Source: a virus (Duplodnaviria; Caudoviricetes). Taken from it: DNA of 64,000 nucleotides. The notes beneath the pieces are model-generated. The model was not told the DNA's origin and made no database searches. It worked only from the letters and a program-made list of their open reading frames with translations. The translations under genes and the position numbers were made by a program. The stretch is taken from the IMG/VR virus record IMGVR_UViG_3300026274_000001. The stretch is one strand, 5' to 3'. Positions 45,049 through 54,898 of the stretch are shown here, one piece after another. How positions within the stretch are numbered: position 1 is the first letter of the stretch; every line of letters begins with the position of its first letter.

Positions 45049-46290
45049 ATGCTTTCAACAATTAAAATTCCAGAGAAGGTTTACGTTGGCTTCCAAGGTC
45101 GTCGTAGTGAAGATGAAGTACCGCTTGGCTTTATGACGCCATACACAACGGATCAGGCCGGAATCAAACGCCGGGCATCTGTTGATAAGTGGGCTAAGGG
45201 TTATTACAGTAACACTGAGAAGACGTTTAACAGCGTCATACTTGATAACAAGCCCATGATTGGCTTCAAGATTGGTCGTGACATCCGTCGCAGTGGTGGT
45301 TGGAATGGTAGCGGCGCCAGTTATGTTCGAGTAGCGGATCCGCGTGGATTTGAACTTGAGATCACGATCGAAAACCTAGTGATGTGTATGAGTGCGAATC
45401 TAGTCGATAATGGTGAAATCATTCAAGAATGTGTATGGGGTCGTGATGGCAATCGTAATATCCTGTTGCCAACCAATAGCGAACCATTCAAGGACTCTAT
45501 TCAGACTAAGGCCAAGCTTGATACCGTTATTTCATTGCGTCAAGTTAAGCCTGGTGATGAAATTGCATTGATTACTGGTGAGACTGGTATCTATTTTGGA
45601 TCGATGTTCTCGATCAACATTGATCGGTGGCGCCGTCCTAGAAAGTTTGCAGTTGGTGAAGACAAACGTTATGTGATCAAAATCACAGATCGAAATGGTA
45701 TCAGGTTTGAAGGCCTGCGAACCATGAAGGTCACCGAGATCATCAAGGCAGCAGAAAAGAAGATGACTCCCAATGAGATCGAACAAGAAATCATTGCTGG
45801 ACTTGCTATCAATCCAAATTGCTGTAACGATACCAAGGGTAGTTATTCGTTACGCACTTGCGCTTGGTTAACTGGTAATAGCTACACGGTCGTCAGCAAG
45901 GCTGAAAACAATCATACTGACTCGGAAATCAAGAGCAATCCTGATTACTTTGAGAACGTTGGTATATATGCAGAAGACGATAAGAACCAATTCTTGGAAT
46001 TGTCATATAACTTCCGTGAAAACTTTGTGTCTGATCGATATAGAACAGATCGGTATTATGATGATGGTTCGCAATCACGGTACCATTCAGGTTATAACTA
46101 CAATCAAAACTACAAGAACGCCTACGTGTATACGAGTGGTCTGATTGGTCAATCAGTAAGTATTGGTGATTATGTTACTAGCAATAGTGATAAAACCACG
46201 CACTTTGAAGAAGCCAATGTGAAGCGGTACTTCTCAATGGTGTTTGAATTGAAGACAAAGGCTGGTGAAATCATGAAGTGTGCTCTGTGA
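45049..46290 (+). CDS. Conserved jumbo-phage protein, module copy 1 (paralog of 57480..58724)
   Basis: YVGFQ..PLG.MTP..VD.W..DPRGFEL.I..CVWGRDG..LLP.NSEP. Confidence 0.8.
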   Translation: MLSTIKIPEKVYVGFQGRRSEDEVPLGFMTPYTTDQAGIKRRASVDKWAKGYYSNTEKTFNSVILDNKPMIGFKIGRDIRRSGGWNGSGASYVRVADPRGFELEITIENLVMCMSANLVDNGEIIQECVWGRDGNRNILLPTNSEPFKDSIQTKAKLDTVISLRQVKPGDEIALITGETGIYFGSMFSINIDRWRRPRKFAVGEDKRYVIKITDRNGIRFEGLRTMKVTEIIKAAEKKMTPNEIEQEIIAGLAINPNCCNDTKGSYSLRTCAWLTGNSYTVVSKAENNHTDSEIKSNPDYFENVGIYAEDDKNQFLELSYNFRENFVSDRYRTDRYYDDGSQSRYHSGYNYNQNYKNAYVYTSGLIGQSVSIGDYVTSNSDKTTHFEEANVKRYFSMVFELKTKAGEIMKCAL

Positions 46291-46310
46291 TCACAGAAGC
46301 ATCGTAATAA

Positions 46311-46334
46311 AAAAGCCATCGAAAGGTGGCTTTT
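46311..46334 (+). terminator. Intrinsic terminator
   Basis: AAAAGCCATC-GAAA-GGTGGCTTTT. Confidence 0.75.
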
Positions 46335-46413
46335 CGTTGACTAGCATATTGCCATATGTGTTAAACTGCGGTTCTGCAATATTCCTTCAACATTCATTCT
46401 AGTAGAGATCAAA

Positions 46414-46644
46414 ATGAGCAAGACACTTGTGTATTACTTCATTGAAGATGGTCAAGACGGTTCCGCCTCCCTCGAACTGTTTGCTTCCAAGGAAGCACGT
46501 GATATGGCAATGGAGCTGTCGATGGACAAGTATGGAATTAGCGAACTTGCTTCTGGTCTTATTGATCAAGATGACCTTGACAACGCCACAACACTTGACG
46601 AAGTTCAAGCTGAACGTACTGCTTATGATGAAGAAAACGCTTAG
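46414..46644 (+). CDS. Hypothetical acidic protein
   Basis: 76 aa, downstream of TTGACT promoter-like site. Confidence 0.7.
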   Translation: MSKTLVYYFIEDGQDGSASLELFASKEARDMAMELSMDKYGISELASGLIDQDDLDNATTLDEVQAERTAYDEENA

Positions 46645-46652
46645 GACGAATA

Positions 46653-46907
46653 ATGAAAAGAACAACGGTTGTTTCTCCGCACGAGCTTTGTGAATTTGCT
46701 GAAGAACACTATGGTATCAGCAATATGAAAGCAGATCGTTTGGTTAGTTGGGTCCGCCCGGAATGCGAAGTCAAGACCTACGATTATGAATTGGTATATT
46801 TGGAAGATCCTGAGGACGATTCATACACCGATCACGTGGAAGCTCGGCAACTGCTTATCGACTTCATGAAGCATAACAAGTTGAAAAAATTTACGCTCAC
46901 ACAATGA
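46653..46907 (+). CDS. Hypothetical protein (tandem paralog of 46935..47210)
   Basis: MKR..V..A..GI..KA..L..P..EV.T..FM..KLK.FTL. Confidence 0.75.
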   Translation: MKRTTVVSPHELCEFAEEHYGISNMKADRLVSWVRPECEVKTYDYELVYLEDPEDDSYTDHVEARQLLIDFMKHNKLKKFTLTQ

Positions 46908-46934
46908 CTGTGATAGCCTAACGGAGAAATAATT

Positions 46935-47210
46935 ATGAGACGTTCTGTAGTTTTGGTAGAATTTTCAGACCTTCTTGGTTATGCTCAGAAAATTGGAATT
47001 CCGTGGAATAAAGCTCATGATATTTTGGTGAAGGATGATGTTCCACCAATGTATGAAGTCAATACCCGAGAGTTTTACTTCAGTGAGTTAGTGTCAAACG
47101 ACGCAACGGATCGTGCCGATCCATACGGGTTCACGGATGATACTGTTCGTATTCTGGTGGGCTTTATGGTCAAAGAAAAGCTTAAAGAATTTACTTTGGT
47201 AAATGATTGA
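46935..47210 (+). CDS. Hypothetical protein (tandem paralog of 46653..46907)
   Basis: Same pattern; GGAGA RBS. Confidence 0.75.
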   Translation: MRRSVVLVEFSDLLGYAQKIGIPWNKAHDILVKDDVPPMYEVNTREFYFSELVSNDATDRADPYGFTDDTVRILVGFMVKEKLKEFTLVND

Positions 47211-47435
47211 TGCCTTGGGAAATAAAAGTAATGCTTGGTCTAGTGATCTTGCAGTGGGGTGCATCAATTGGCTTTATTTGGTGTATACGGGGTGACTTGA
47301 AAGCGATTTGGAAGGCCCGCAAAGCTAGAAAACAAGCTAATTCATAGTTGGGATTGAATGACAAAAGGCTGCTTCGGTGGCCTTTGTTTTGAACCTAGAA
47401 TTCATTTGGTGCTTGACTTACTGGCTACCTGTTCG

Positions 47436-47475
47436 TATCATCTGAATATGGTGAACTAACAGGGAGAACAAAATG
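47436..47475 (+). promoter_or_regulatory. Repeated promoter/leader module, copy 1
   Basis: TATCAT-ctgaat-ATGGTGAAC..GGAGAACAAAATG; also at 48902 and 50181. Confidence 0.7.
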
Positions 47476-47748
47476 CAAACAACAGCCGCGGTTCTGAAAA
47501 CGTTGCAAATCAAAGAAATCGCAGTATTGATCGAAACTGATTGGGTGAAGATGAGCCCCCACGCGTCTCCGTTTGTTGATGCAATGTTTTCCCTTGCAAC
47601 GATCAACGATAAGTTCTATGCGGATTCTGGTATGTATGTGGTGTCGTATTTCCTGTCCAATGCTGGAACGTGGAAAGGCGAAACTGCAAAGCTGGTGAAA
47701 GCAGAATTGAAAGCACGCTGCGTCGCATACGAAAAGGCACGCAAGTAA
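47473..47748 (+). CDS. Conserved phage hypothetical protein
   Basis: ASPFVDAM..L.TI.D.FYADSG..VV.YFL.NA.TWKGETA..VKAELK. Confidence 0.75.
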   Translation: MQTTAAVLKTLQIKEIAVLIETDWVKMSPHASPFVDAMFSLATINDKFYADSGMYVVSYFLSNAGTWKGETAKLVKAELKARCVAYEKARK

Positions 47749-47758
47749 GGAGAATGGA

Positions 47759-47980
47759 ATGAAATTTAAAACAGTTACTCTTCTTATTGTGGGGATTTGC
47801 ACCCCGTTGTCATTGATCAGTATCTACCATGCGCAACATGCTGAAAATGTGTGTATGATGCATGGTTATCCTGAAGTCAGAATGAATGACAATTTCACCT
47901 TGAACCCACCCCGCTTTTGCTACAAACAAGTTTTGGGTAGTGATGTTCTTGTCCCACTAGCTCAAGTGGAAAAGGAGTAA
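47759..47980 (+). CDS. Small exported/membrane protein
   Basis: AAGGAG RBS, N-terminal hydrophobic helix, C..HGYP. Confidence 0.65.
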   Translation: MKFKTVTLLIVGICTPLSLISIYHAQHAENVCMMHGYPEVRMNDNFTLNPPRFCYKQVLGSDVLVPLAQVEKE

Positions 47981-47983
47981 AAA

Positions 47984-48289
47984 ATGGCACGCAAAAAAGT
48001 TTGGAAAGAAGTTTCGACTCGTTCGGTTGGGAACTATACGTACTCGCAGCTTGATGACATGATTGCTGACTTGCAAAAACTGTCGAAGCAATATCCTGGT
48101 GCTCGTGTAGTTGAACGCTGTGAAGACTACTCTGAATACAAGGTGATTTCGATCCAAGTCGAACGTGACGAAACGGATGCAGAGATGCAAACGCGTGAAG
48201 CGCAAGAAGCGGTGCAGGAAGAGCGTAACAAAGCTCACCGTCTTGCACAGTTTCAAGCACTGCAAAAGGAATTCGGTGATAAGTCATGA
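47984..48289 (+). CDS. Hypothetical protein
   Basis: AAGGAG RBS; ERDETDAEM coiled coil. Confidence 0.75.
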   Translation: MARKKVWKEVSTRSVGNYTYSQLDDMIADLQKLSKQYPGARVVERCEDYSEYKVISIQVERDETDAEMQTREAQEAVQEERNKAHRLAQFQALQKEFGDKS

Positions 48290-48642
48290 TCACTGCAAAG
48301 GAAGCCCGAGAACGTGCTCAAAACTCTCAGGAAGCAGTCGTACAGTTTCTTGAGGTTTTGGGCAAGAAGATCGAAGAAGCTGTAGACAAGGGCTTGTTCT
48401 CGTATACTTACTCGGGTGGTTTGCCTGGTGATCCGGCCGATCATAACAAGCTTTCAGTTGAAGCATATATGCGTTTCGAAGTCCCGCAGTTTTGGGGGCT
48501 GGTTATGGCTGCTCTTAGCGCCTACCCGAACAACTTCCATGTGGCGATCGAAAAATCCGCACCCTACATACCACGTGGCTTGATGGATGATCATGATCAA
48601 GGCCCCGAGTATGTCAGCTACTCGATGAAAATTACCTGGTAG
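48286..48642 (+). CDS. Hypothetical protein
   Basis: MITAKEARE...I.W pattern; ATGA overlap. Confidence 0.75.
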   Translation: MITAKEARERAQNSQEAVVQFLEVLGKKIEEAVDKGLFSYTYSGGLPGDPADHNKLSVEAYMRFEVPQFWGLVMAALSAYPNNFHVAIEKSAPYIPRGLMDDHDQGPEYVSYSMKITW

Positions 48643-48650
48643 GAGAAATT

Positions 48651-48875
48651 ATGATCCAAGTAACGTTTGTGACAAAAGATCGAAAGACCTATGAGCCAGT
48701 CGTGCTTGGTACTGCATCGATGCCAGAGCTACCAAGTAAAAATGAGTACGTAGTGCTTGATGGGTTGCGTTACGTGGTGTCACACCGAGAATGGAAGATT
48801 AATACCGTGGAACGACGTGGTGAACGAGCCGAAAACATTGCGGCCACTGTTCACTTGATGCAAGCAACTGAATAA
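48651..48875 (+). CDS. Hypothetical protein (paralog of 43532..43759)
   Basis: LPSKNEYVVLDGLRYVVSHREW; AGGAG RBS. Confidence 0.7.
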   Translation: MIQVTFVTKDRKTYEPVVLGTASMPELPSKNEYVVLDGLRYVVSHREWKINTVERRGERAENIAATVHLMQATE

Positions 48876-48937
48876 CGCTTGATTGACTCACCATGTGAAT
48901 GTATCATTTGGTTATGGTGAACAACAAGGAGAATCAA

Positions 48938-49279
48938 ATGAACGTTGAACGCAAAGAACATTTCAATATTGTATGTGTATGGCCGGGCACCGTAGTTGAC
49001 GGTAGGGCCGATGACTTTACCAAGTTTATGATGGATGAACTTGGCGTCCGCGTACAATATCTCGAAGAGATCAAAACCAACCCAGACAAGAAAAACGGTG
49101 TGATCGTTCCCGGTACTGGTGATCGCAACGACATATTCTTTGCGATTCACTCTGAAGATGTGGCCAAGTTTGCACTGCCCCGTTTCCAGTACGGTATCCG
49201 CTGGCTTGAAGACGTGATTGCTCCGTATAATCATGGTGCACACTTGTACCCCAAGCGGGTAAAAGAATACCTGAAGTAA
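48938..49279 (+). CDS. Conserved phage hypothetical protein
   Basis: VCVWPGT..GTGDRND.FF..H.ED..RF..GIRWLEDV; preceded by repeated promoter module. Confidence 0.75.
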   Translation: MNVERKEHFNIVCVWPGTVVDGRADDFTKFMMDELGVRVQYLEEIKTNPDKKNGVIVPGTGDRNDIFFAIHSEDVAKFALPRFQYGIRWLEDVIAPYNHGAHLYPKRVKEYLK

Positions 49280-49328
49280 TATTCATATGATGCTTGATTG
49301 TTCATTCAAATGAACGCATCATAGGAAC

Positions 49329-49859
49329 ATGGCAAACAAAACAGGAGAGCAAATTATGTCGCAACTGCAACAGATCCTCGAAAACGTGAACGGTGCTTCG
49401 TTTATCTCGATCGACACGCTCACGTCAGTAACACTTCTGGGCGGTAAAGCAAATCCGTTCCAAGGTCGTGTTACCAAGCGTATGACCAAGGCCAGTGTTA
49501 TGGTGTTCCAGAACAAGAAGTCGAACGCTTACGAAAACATGGTCGAGCGGCGCTTGGCTGCTGAAGGCAAGGATCCGAAAGCATTCGTTCTCGGTGAACG
49601 TCGGTGGGGAACGCGTATTCCGGAAACCCCGTTCATCACGCACAAGGGTTTGCTGTACTTGGAAGTGATCTTCCTGAAGCCTGGTGAAACGGAAATCCTG
49701 GTTGACGGTAAACCGTACAACGGTGAAATCCCCGGTCTCGAGAAAGAAGAAAAGGAACCGACGGGCCAGGGTGGACTTGAAAATCAAGTGATCATCCGCA
49801 CGTTCAAGGCTGACAGCATTGTTCGTATTCGCGTTGATAAGCAAGAATACGTGCTGTAA
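49329..49859 (+). CDS. Conserved phage hypothetical protein
   Basis: NPFQGRVTK..YENMVERRL..WGTR..HKG..YL. Confidence 0.75.
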   Translation: MANKTGEQIMSQLQQILENVNGASFISIDTLTSVTLLGGKANPFQGRVTKRMTKASVMVFQNKKSNAYENMVERRLAAEGKDPKAFVLGERRWGTRIPETPFITHKGLLYLEVIFLKPGETEILVDGKPYNGEIPGLEKEEKEPTGQGGLENQVIIRTFKADSIVRIRVDKQEYVL

Positions 49860-49904
49860 TGTTCAACGGGGGTGTTGGTAGCCCCCACTTACTTGGAGAA
49901 CATT

Positions 49905-50105
49905 ATGAACGCATTTGATGATAAGTGGAGCCCGTTATTCCAGGGAGCAATTTCAAACAATGGAGCTTGCTGGGCACGCAAAGCAGACAATTACTCCTTC
50001 AGTGTGCGGGAATACGAGGACGGGATTTACACGTTGGTCGGTGGCAAAGATTCGGTAGTCACGGTCACACAAGAGCAGCTTGGAGCGGATTTTCGTCCCA
50101 CGTAA
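49905..50105 (+). CDS. Hypothetical protein
   Basis: GGAG RBS; followed by terminator 50121-50147. Confidence 0.6.
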   Translation: MNAFDDKWSPLFQGAISNNGACWARKADNYSFSVREYEDGIYTLVGGKDSVVTVTQEQLGADFRPT

Positions 50106-50214
50106 TACAACTGATCAGTTAAAAGGAGCCCCACTGGGGCTCTTTTGCGTTCTATGCTTTACAGTTCATATGAATTACTTTATCATATGAATATGGTGAA
50201 CACAGGAGAACAAA

Positions 50215-50454
50215 ATGAGCTATGAAGTACCCCGCAAGTCGAAATTGAAGATCGACGTACAAAGCAAAGTGATCGGCGACCCATCAGGCGGGAAGCTGTA
50301 TAAGGCTGGCAAAAGCTGCACGACCCAACGCAGTCCGGCAAACCCTGGTGAATTCATTATCTGGTTTGGTAAGAAGGAATTTGCCAAGGTGCAAGCCCTC
50401 GATCTACGCAATACTATCGAATACATGGACGGTCGCCCTGAGGGCCACCAATGA
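50215..50454 (+). CDS. Hypothetical protein
   Basis: Preceded by repeated promoter module and AGGAG. Confidence 0.7.
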   Translation: MSYEVPRKSKLKIDVQSKVIGDPSGGKLYKAGKSCTTQRSPANPGEFIIWFGKKEFAKVQALDLRNTIEYMDGRPEGHQ

Positions 50455-51050
50455 TCATCTATGTAGACGGTGGGGCTAAGGAAGTCCCAGGTACGCGATC
50501 GTTCAATATCTCGTGGGGCTTAGTGGTTCACCACAACGATCAAACTGAAGAACGATACGGTGGCTATAAGCAAGTTGATCGGTATTTTTGTGCTCATCAT
50601 GAGCTAGTGGCATTTGCTTCGGCGGTGTTGCATGCTAAAAAAACTGGTGTTGCTTACGAGGATATTTCCTTTTACTGTGACGACTTCCACGTCTGTAATG
50701 CCGGCTCATGGTTTCACAAAGACAACTGGGTTGCGACTAGCGATGTTGACACGCTAAAGAAGCGGCTGCTTGAAACCTGCGTGCAATTCTTTACACCAGA
50801 ACTGTACGATGACTTGCTTGACTGCTTGATCAAAGCACGCTTCACAAAGGTAAAGGGGCACAGCGACGTGATCTATAACCTGCGTGTGGATTACTTGTCC
50901 GACTATGCCCGAGGGCTACTCAGCGGTGCTCCAATACAGTGGATTAATTTTGAAGCTTGGTTAGCTAAGGGCTTTTTAGTGTATAGGTCCCCAAGGGAAG
51001 CCTATACTTGGTACGCCCCATTTAGTGAACTGTCGCTAAATCAAACTTAA
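50451..51050 (+). CDS. rnhA: Ribonuclease HI
   Basis: IYVDGG (D), HHELVA (E), FYCDD (D), KVKGHS (H), NLRVDYL (D). Confidence 0.85.
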   Translation: MIIYVDGGAKEVPGTRSFNISWGLVVHHNDQTEERYGGYKQVDRYFCAHHELVAFASAVLHAKKTGVAYEDISFYCDDFHVCNAGSWFHKDNWVATSDVDTLKKRLLETCVQFFTPELYDDLLDCLIKARFTKVKGHSDVIYNLRVDYLSDYARGLLSGAPIQWINFEAWLAKGFLVYRSPREAYTWYAPFSELSLNQT

Positions 51051-51387
51051 TCGAAAGCTGACGCATGTACAGATGGCGAGTATCATAGCTATCTGTCATC
51101 AAACGTAGAGCAATCAAATGCTGTGGATGATCAGTCCACCGCAAAAAGCCGTGATCTCGTTCTAAACACCCGATTTTGAGTGCAATGTTGATTGCATAAT
51201 GAGCATAGCATTCATCAACATCCAGCAAGTGTAAAAATAGTCGAACATGCCCCAACAGTACATTTTTAGGAATACCTGTTGGGTGATTGCCATCTTGACA
51301 AAGGTCCTTCGCTTTGTCAACCACCAATTTGAAAACCTGAATTCTAGTCAAGTATTCACTTTCATCAGCTTGGCGTGATGCATTCAT
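51022..51387 (-). CDS. Hypothetical protein (possible winged helix)
   Basis: 121 aa, follows 51389..51874. Confidence 0.55.
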   Translation of the reverse strand: MNASRQADESEYLTRIQVFKLVVDKAKDLCQDGNHPTGIPKNVLLGHVRLFLHLLDVDECYAHYAINIALKIGCLERDHGFLRWTDHPQHLIALRLMTDSYDTRHLYMRQLSIKFDLATVH

Positions 51388-51388
51388 G

Positions 51389-51874
51389 TTAAGCCTTTAT
51401 ATTGATTTCAATCGACTCAGTTGTGACTTTATATTTCTTGGCGATAACTTTCTTGATATCGGCAATTGAAAGCTGCTCAAGCTTTTCAAATAACGCAATC
51501 AATGTTCCGTTTTCATCCCGTAATGGAATTGAGCCGACTTTCTGCCAAACAAGTGCTTCAAAGTCAATACCCATATCGTCTGAATTGACATAAGTGAATG
51601 GCTTGCGATTGCCAGGCCAAGCATTCGGAACATCAATTTCAGCATATTCCTCAAATGTGAACATCACGCGATTCTCATTTGGGTGACGATTCACACCCTT
51701 CACTTTGATGACAAACTTAGCAGCTCCATTATCGATGCCGCCTCGATGAGCAACCACGACATACATTACTTTCTGTGCTTGTTTGAAACTCGCGGCCATC
51801 CAACCAACCCCTGCACGTTCAATACAGTCAAGCAGCGTGTTTTCAGTAATAGTAAGAATCGTATCGTATTGCAT
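51389..51874 (-). CDS. Hypothetical protein with C-terminal putative DNA-binding helix-turn-strand
   Basis: C-terminus LSIADIKKVIAKKYKVTTESIEINIKA; AWPGNRKPFTY. Confidence 0.7.
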   Translation of the reverse strand: MQYDTILTITENTLLDCIERAGVGWMAASFKQAQKVMYVVVAHRGGIDNGAAKFVIKVKGVNRHPNENRVMFTFEEYAEIDVPNAWPGNRKPFTYVNSDDMGIDFEALVWQKVGSIPLRDENGTLIALFEKLEQLSIADIKKVIAKKYKVTTESIEINIKA

Positions 51875-51910
51875 AAGTCACCTATGTGTTTGAAGTTATT
51901 TGCTACAGTC

Positions 51911-51977
51911 ATAAGGTTATAGTGTGTTTATAGTTAACGCAAGCATAACCTTGATATAACCTTGATATAACCTTGCA
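51911..51977. repeat. Iteron-like 11-bp repeats
   Basis: ATAACCTTGAT x2 + ATAACCTTGCA (51945-51977) and inverted ATAAGGTTAT (51911-51920). Confidence 0.8.
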
Positions 51978-52001
51978 TTGCAATGAAGTCTTAGAATGAA
52001 T

Positions 52002-52027
52002 GAAAGCCCCTCATTTGAGGGGCTTTC
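52002..52027 (-). terminator. Intrinsic terminator after cca
   Basis: GAAAGCCCC-tcatttga-GGGGCTTTC. Confidence 0.7.
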
Positions 52028-52037
52028 ACCTTACTGC

Positions 52038-53258
52038 TTACTGCTTTTGATCCAATATCATCTTGCAAGCATCAAGCATGAATGCGTGATCACTAAAATG
52101 ACCGTCATACATACCGCTGTTGAACCAAGCGTACTTCATAGACAACAGCATGGTGCCCATTTCCTTGCCAGGCTGCATACCAAGCTCCTTCAAGTCATCA
52201 CCAGTAATAGGAAACACTGGGACGTCCCATTGCTTGATTTGATCTGCAACTGCAACTCGGCCAAGCATCAATGCTGCTTCCACTGCATAGTCAACTGAAG
52301 CACCTTGCATAACGATGCTTTCTTTGAGACGTTGAACAAGAACAGCATCATCCTTAGACTTGTAGTCCCTGAACTTCACCAAGTATTGCATCAAACGCGT
52401 GTCCTTGGTGCTGATCTTCAACCGCTTACCAAAGTCTGCGACTTGTTCCGTAGTTTTGAACAACGTGGTAAACACCGTTGCTGCATTCTTCGTATGTGCA
52501 ACAGCAACCTTCATTGCTGCCAAACGTGTATCAGTGGGTTGTGGCAAGTCGCTGGGCATCAATACATTGCACTGTGACATTACTTCATAAACGGCAGGGG
52601 CGGACGGGTGCGTCATCATCTTACTGACTTCCTGCCACACACGCTCACTAGATACTTGCCTCAAGCCTTCAGCATATTTTGTGATAGCTGCAATCTGCGT
52701 GACATCGTATGCACCTTTGCTGAAACGACCTGAAAATCTAAAGAACCGCAAAATGCGCAAGTAGTCTTCTTGAATGCGCAAAGCAGGGTCACCAACAAAG
52801 CGCACAACTCCAGCCACCAAATCCTTCTGGCCTTCGTACGGATCGTCCAACACGCCGTCAAATGTCATCGACATCGCATTGATAGTCAAGTCACGCCGAG
52901 CCAAATCCTCGTACCACAAACGCGTGAATGTGACCTTTGCATGACGACCATCCGTCTCCGTATCGTAGCGCAAGCTGGTGATTTCGTATGTTTCACCATT
53001 GATGATTACCGAAATAGTACCGTGATCAATTCCGGTTGGCTCGAACCGAATGCCAGCCTTAGTATAGATACGAATAGCTTCATCAGGAAATGCGTCAGTG
53101 CAGAGGTCGATATCCTTGGGTGTTTGATCGCAGAGAATATCACGAACAGCACCACCTACGATTCGAATATCGAATCCGTCGGCCTGAAACAAGGCGCGTA
53201 ATGCGAGCAAATCAGCATTAACTACTTGATCAAGTATTTTGGTATGCATTGTGTTCAT
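52038..53258 (-). CDS. cca: Class II CCA-adding tRNA nucleotidyltransferase
   Basis: VGGAVRD, KDIDL, GIDHGT, EITSLR, DGRHA, DLARRDLTINAM, EDYLRILR, SERVWQE. Confidence 0.92.
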   Translation of the reverse strand: MNTMHTKILDQVVNADLLALRALFQADGFDIRIVGGAVRDILCDQTPKDIDLCTDAFPDEAIRIYTKAGIRFEPTGIDHGTISVIINGETYEITSLRYDTETDGRHAKVTFTRLWYEDLARRDLTINAMSMTFDGVLDDPYEGQKDLVAGVVRFVGDPALRIQEDYLRILRFFRFSGRFSKGAYDVTQIAAITKYAEGLRQVSSERVWQEVSKMMTHPSAPAVYEVMSQCNVLMPSDLPQPTDTRLAAMKVAVAHTKNAATVFTTLFKTTEQVADFGKRLKISTKDTRLMQYLVKFRDYKSKDDAVLVQRLKESIVMQGASVDYAVEAALMLGRVAVADQIKQWDVPVFPITGDDLKELGMQPGKEMGTMLLSMKYAWFNSGMYDGHFSDHAFMLDACKMILDQKQ

Positions 53259-53334
53259 TAATTCTCCTTGGAATATTGACGTGTTTATCAGTTACTGCCA
53301 ATATACACTATAATAACAGGATTAGTCAAGCCAT

Positions 53335-54120
53335 ATGAATACACCAAATACAATAAACTCTGTGGCTGGACCTGCTCCCGCGACTACGCCTTGGTCTGGT
53401 GTTACACAGCAACATCAAGGACAGTTACCGCTAGGTAGTCCACAATATGGGGCTAACTATCAGCAGCCCTCGGTGGGTGGGGTATTGATTGGTAATGCAA
53501 TACAGCTCTCGGCGAACGGGAACGTATCAATAAATACTAACGTATCAATAAATCAATCAGCATACATGTTCTATAAATGGAACCTGGGGTATGATTTTCC
53601 CAAAGAATTATTAATATCTGGCGTTCCATTAGTTCCAGCACTTTATATAGATAATGCTTGCACTATGATGTTTCATATTAGCGTATGGATAGAAGTATGC
53701 AAACCCAATACTGCTGATTTTGGTGTGATGTGGGATGGCAAGGCAACCAAGTATTCGTCGTTGAGTGGGGCATTAAATACTACTGAAGAATTTGAAGGTG
53801 TACTTATGATCAAGCAAGGTGTCACGTTCGATACCTTTAATGTTTGGTGGGATGAGTACACATCACGATTTGATGGTGATAGCTGGAAGTTTGAGCAGTT
53901 ACCATTGGTCAAAGAAGGTAAGGAAATTTCTGGCTGTCCCATTGCGCATGGTGAGAAAGTAAGCTATACTGGCAAACAAATTATGGCAACCGATAAGCTA
54001 TTTGATCGTTGGTGCTGGATTGTTGAACGGACTAGTCAGCCAGTATGGTTTAGTAATGACTTTTGGTTTTTCAACAACACATCAGAAATGCTGATGTACA
54101 AATTGATCGATGAAAAATAA
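53335..54120 (+). CDS. Large FKLxW-family protein, triplet member 1
   Basis: FHISVW..WWDEY..RWCWIVERT..FFNNTSEMLMYKL. Confidence 0.8.
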   Translation: MNTPNTINSVAGPAPATTPWSGVTQQHQGQLPLGSPQYGANYQQPSVGGVLIGNAIQLSANGNVSINTNVSINQSAYMFYKWNLGYDFPKELLISGVPLVPALYIDNACTMMFHISVWIEVCKPNTADFGVMWDGKATKYSSLSGALNTTEEFEGVLMIKQGVTFDTFNVWWDEYTSRFDGDSWKFEQLPLVKEGKEISGCPIAHGEKVSYTGKQIMATDKLFDRWCWIVERTSQPVWFSNDFWFFNNTSEMLMYKLIDEK

Positions 54121-54895
54121 AAAAAATATATTTGTCCGTATTTGGCGTGCAATCGTATGTGCTGATTTCGTAGAAGAACGACTCGTTGCAATGAAAGCGC
54201 AAGAACTGGATGCACAAGCTAGTCTTGCTGCCGGTTATGACGATCCTATGGAAGATTCAAGGCAAGTGCTAAGTCCTTCTGATGACGATACGGCTAGGGT
54301 ACTGGGTGGTAGTGGTCATTTTATTTGGCGATTATATGATGAATGGCCCTTAGAAGTAATTGACGGCGAAAATAAACCCAAGATAGCATTGAAAATGGAT
54401 GCAAGGGCTTTTATGTTTCATGTGAGTACTTGGGCACTAGTAACTGGGCGTAAACAACGTAATTTGTGTGTGTCAATTAGAAATATGCGCGATGAAAATT
54501 TCCAATCACATCACACTGGTATTTTGCTTCTACCAGAAGGTGAAGAATATGATTCTTTCCAAATTTGGTGGAAAGCATATGTGGAACGATTTAGCTTACG
54601 ATATTTAAATGGCGCCAAAACGATTGACAAATATGGCAACTCTGAAGTTCATATATTCCCAGAGATACCTGATAGTTATTCTATAGAAGGCACTACCTTC
54701 ATCCATGAAGGTATGGAATACATGTCTAAATCGGATTTTTGGAATCCCAGTAATGACTTATTTAAGCAGTGGTGCTGGATTGTTGAAAATTGTACAGGTA
54801 ATGTTTGGGTCACTCATAAGCATTTCATATTCGAAGAATCATCAGACGCAGTATTATTCAAATTAGTAAATCCAGAAGACAAATTAGAAGAATAA
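54110..54895 (+). CDS. Large FKLxW-family protein, triplet member 2
   Basis: FHVSTW..WWKAY..QWCWIVENC..FEESSDAVLFKL. Confidence 0.8.
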   Translation: MKNKKNIFVRIWRAIVCADFVEERLVAMKAQELDAQASLAAGYDDPMEDSRQVLSPSDDDTARVLGGSGHFIWRLYDEWPLEVIDGENKPKIALKMDARAFMFHVSTWALVTGRKQRNLCVSIRNMRDENFQSHHTGILLLPEGEEYDSFQIWWKAYVERFSLRYLNGAKTIDKYGNSEVHIFPEIPDSYSIEGTTFIHEGMEYMSKSDFWNPSNDLFKQWCWIVENCTGNVWVTHKHFIFEESSDAVLFKLVNPEDKLEE

Positions 54896-54898
54896 AAA

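Noticed and set aside
53521-53553. 18-bp tandem duplication (NVSINT/NVSINQ)
   Set aside because: Short in-frame slippage in a disordered N-terminus; no sign of function
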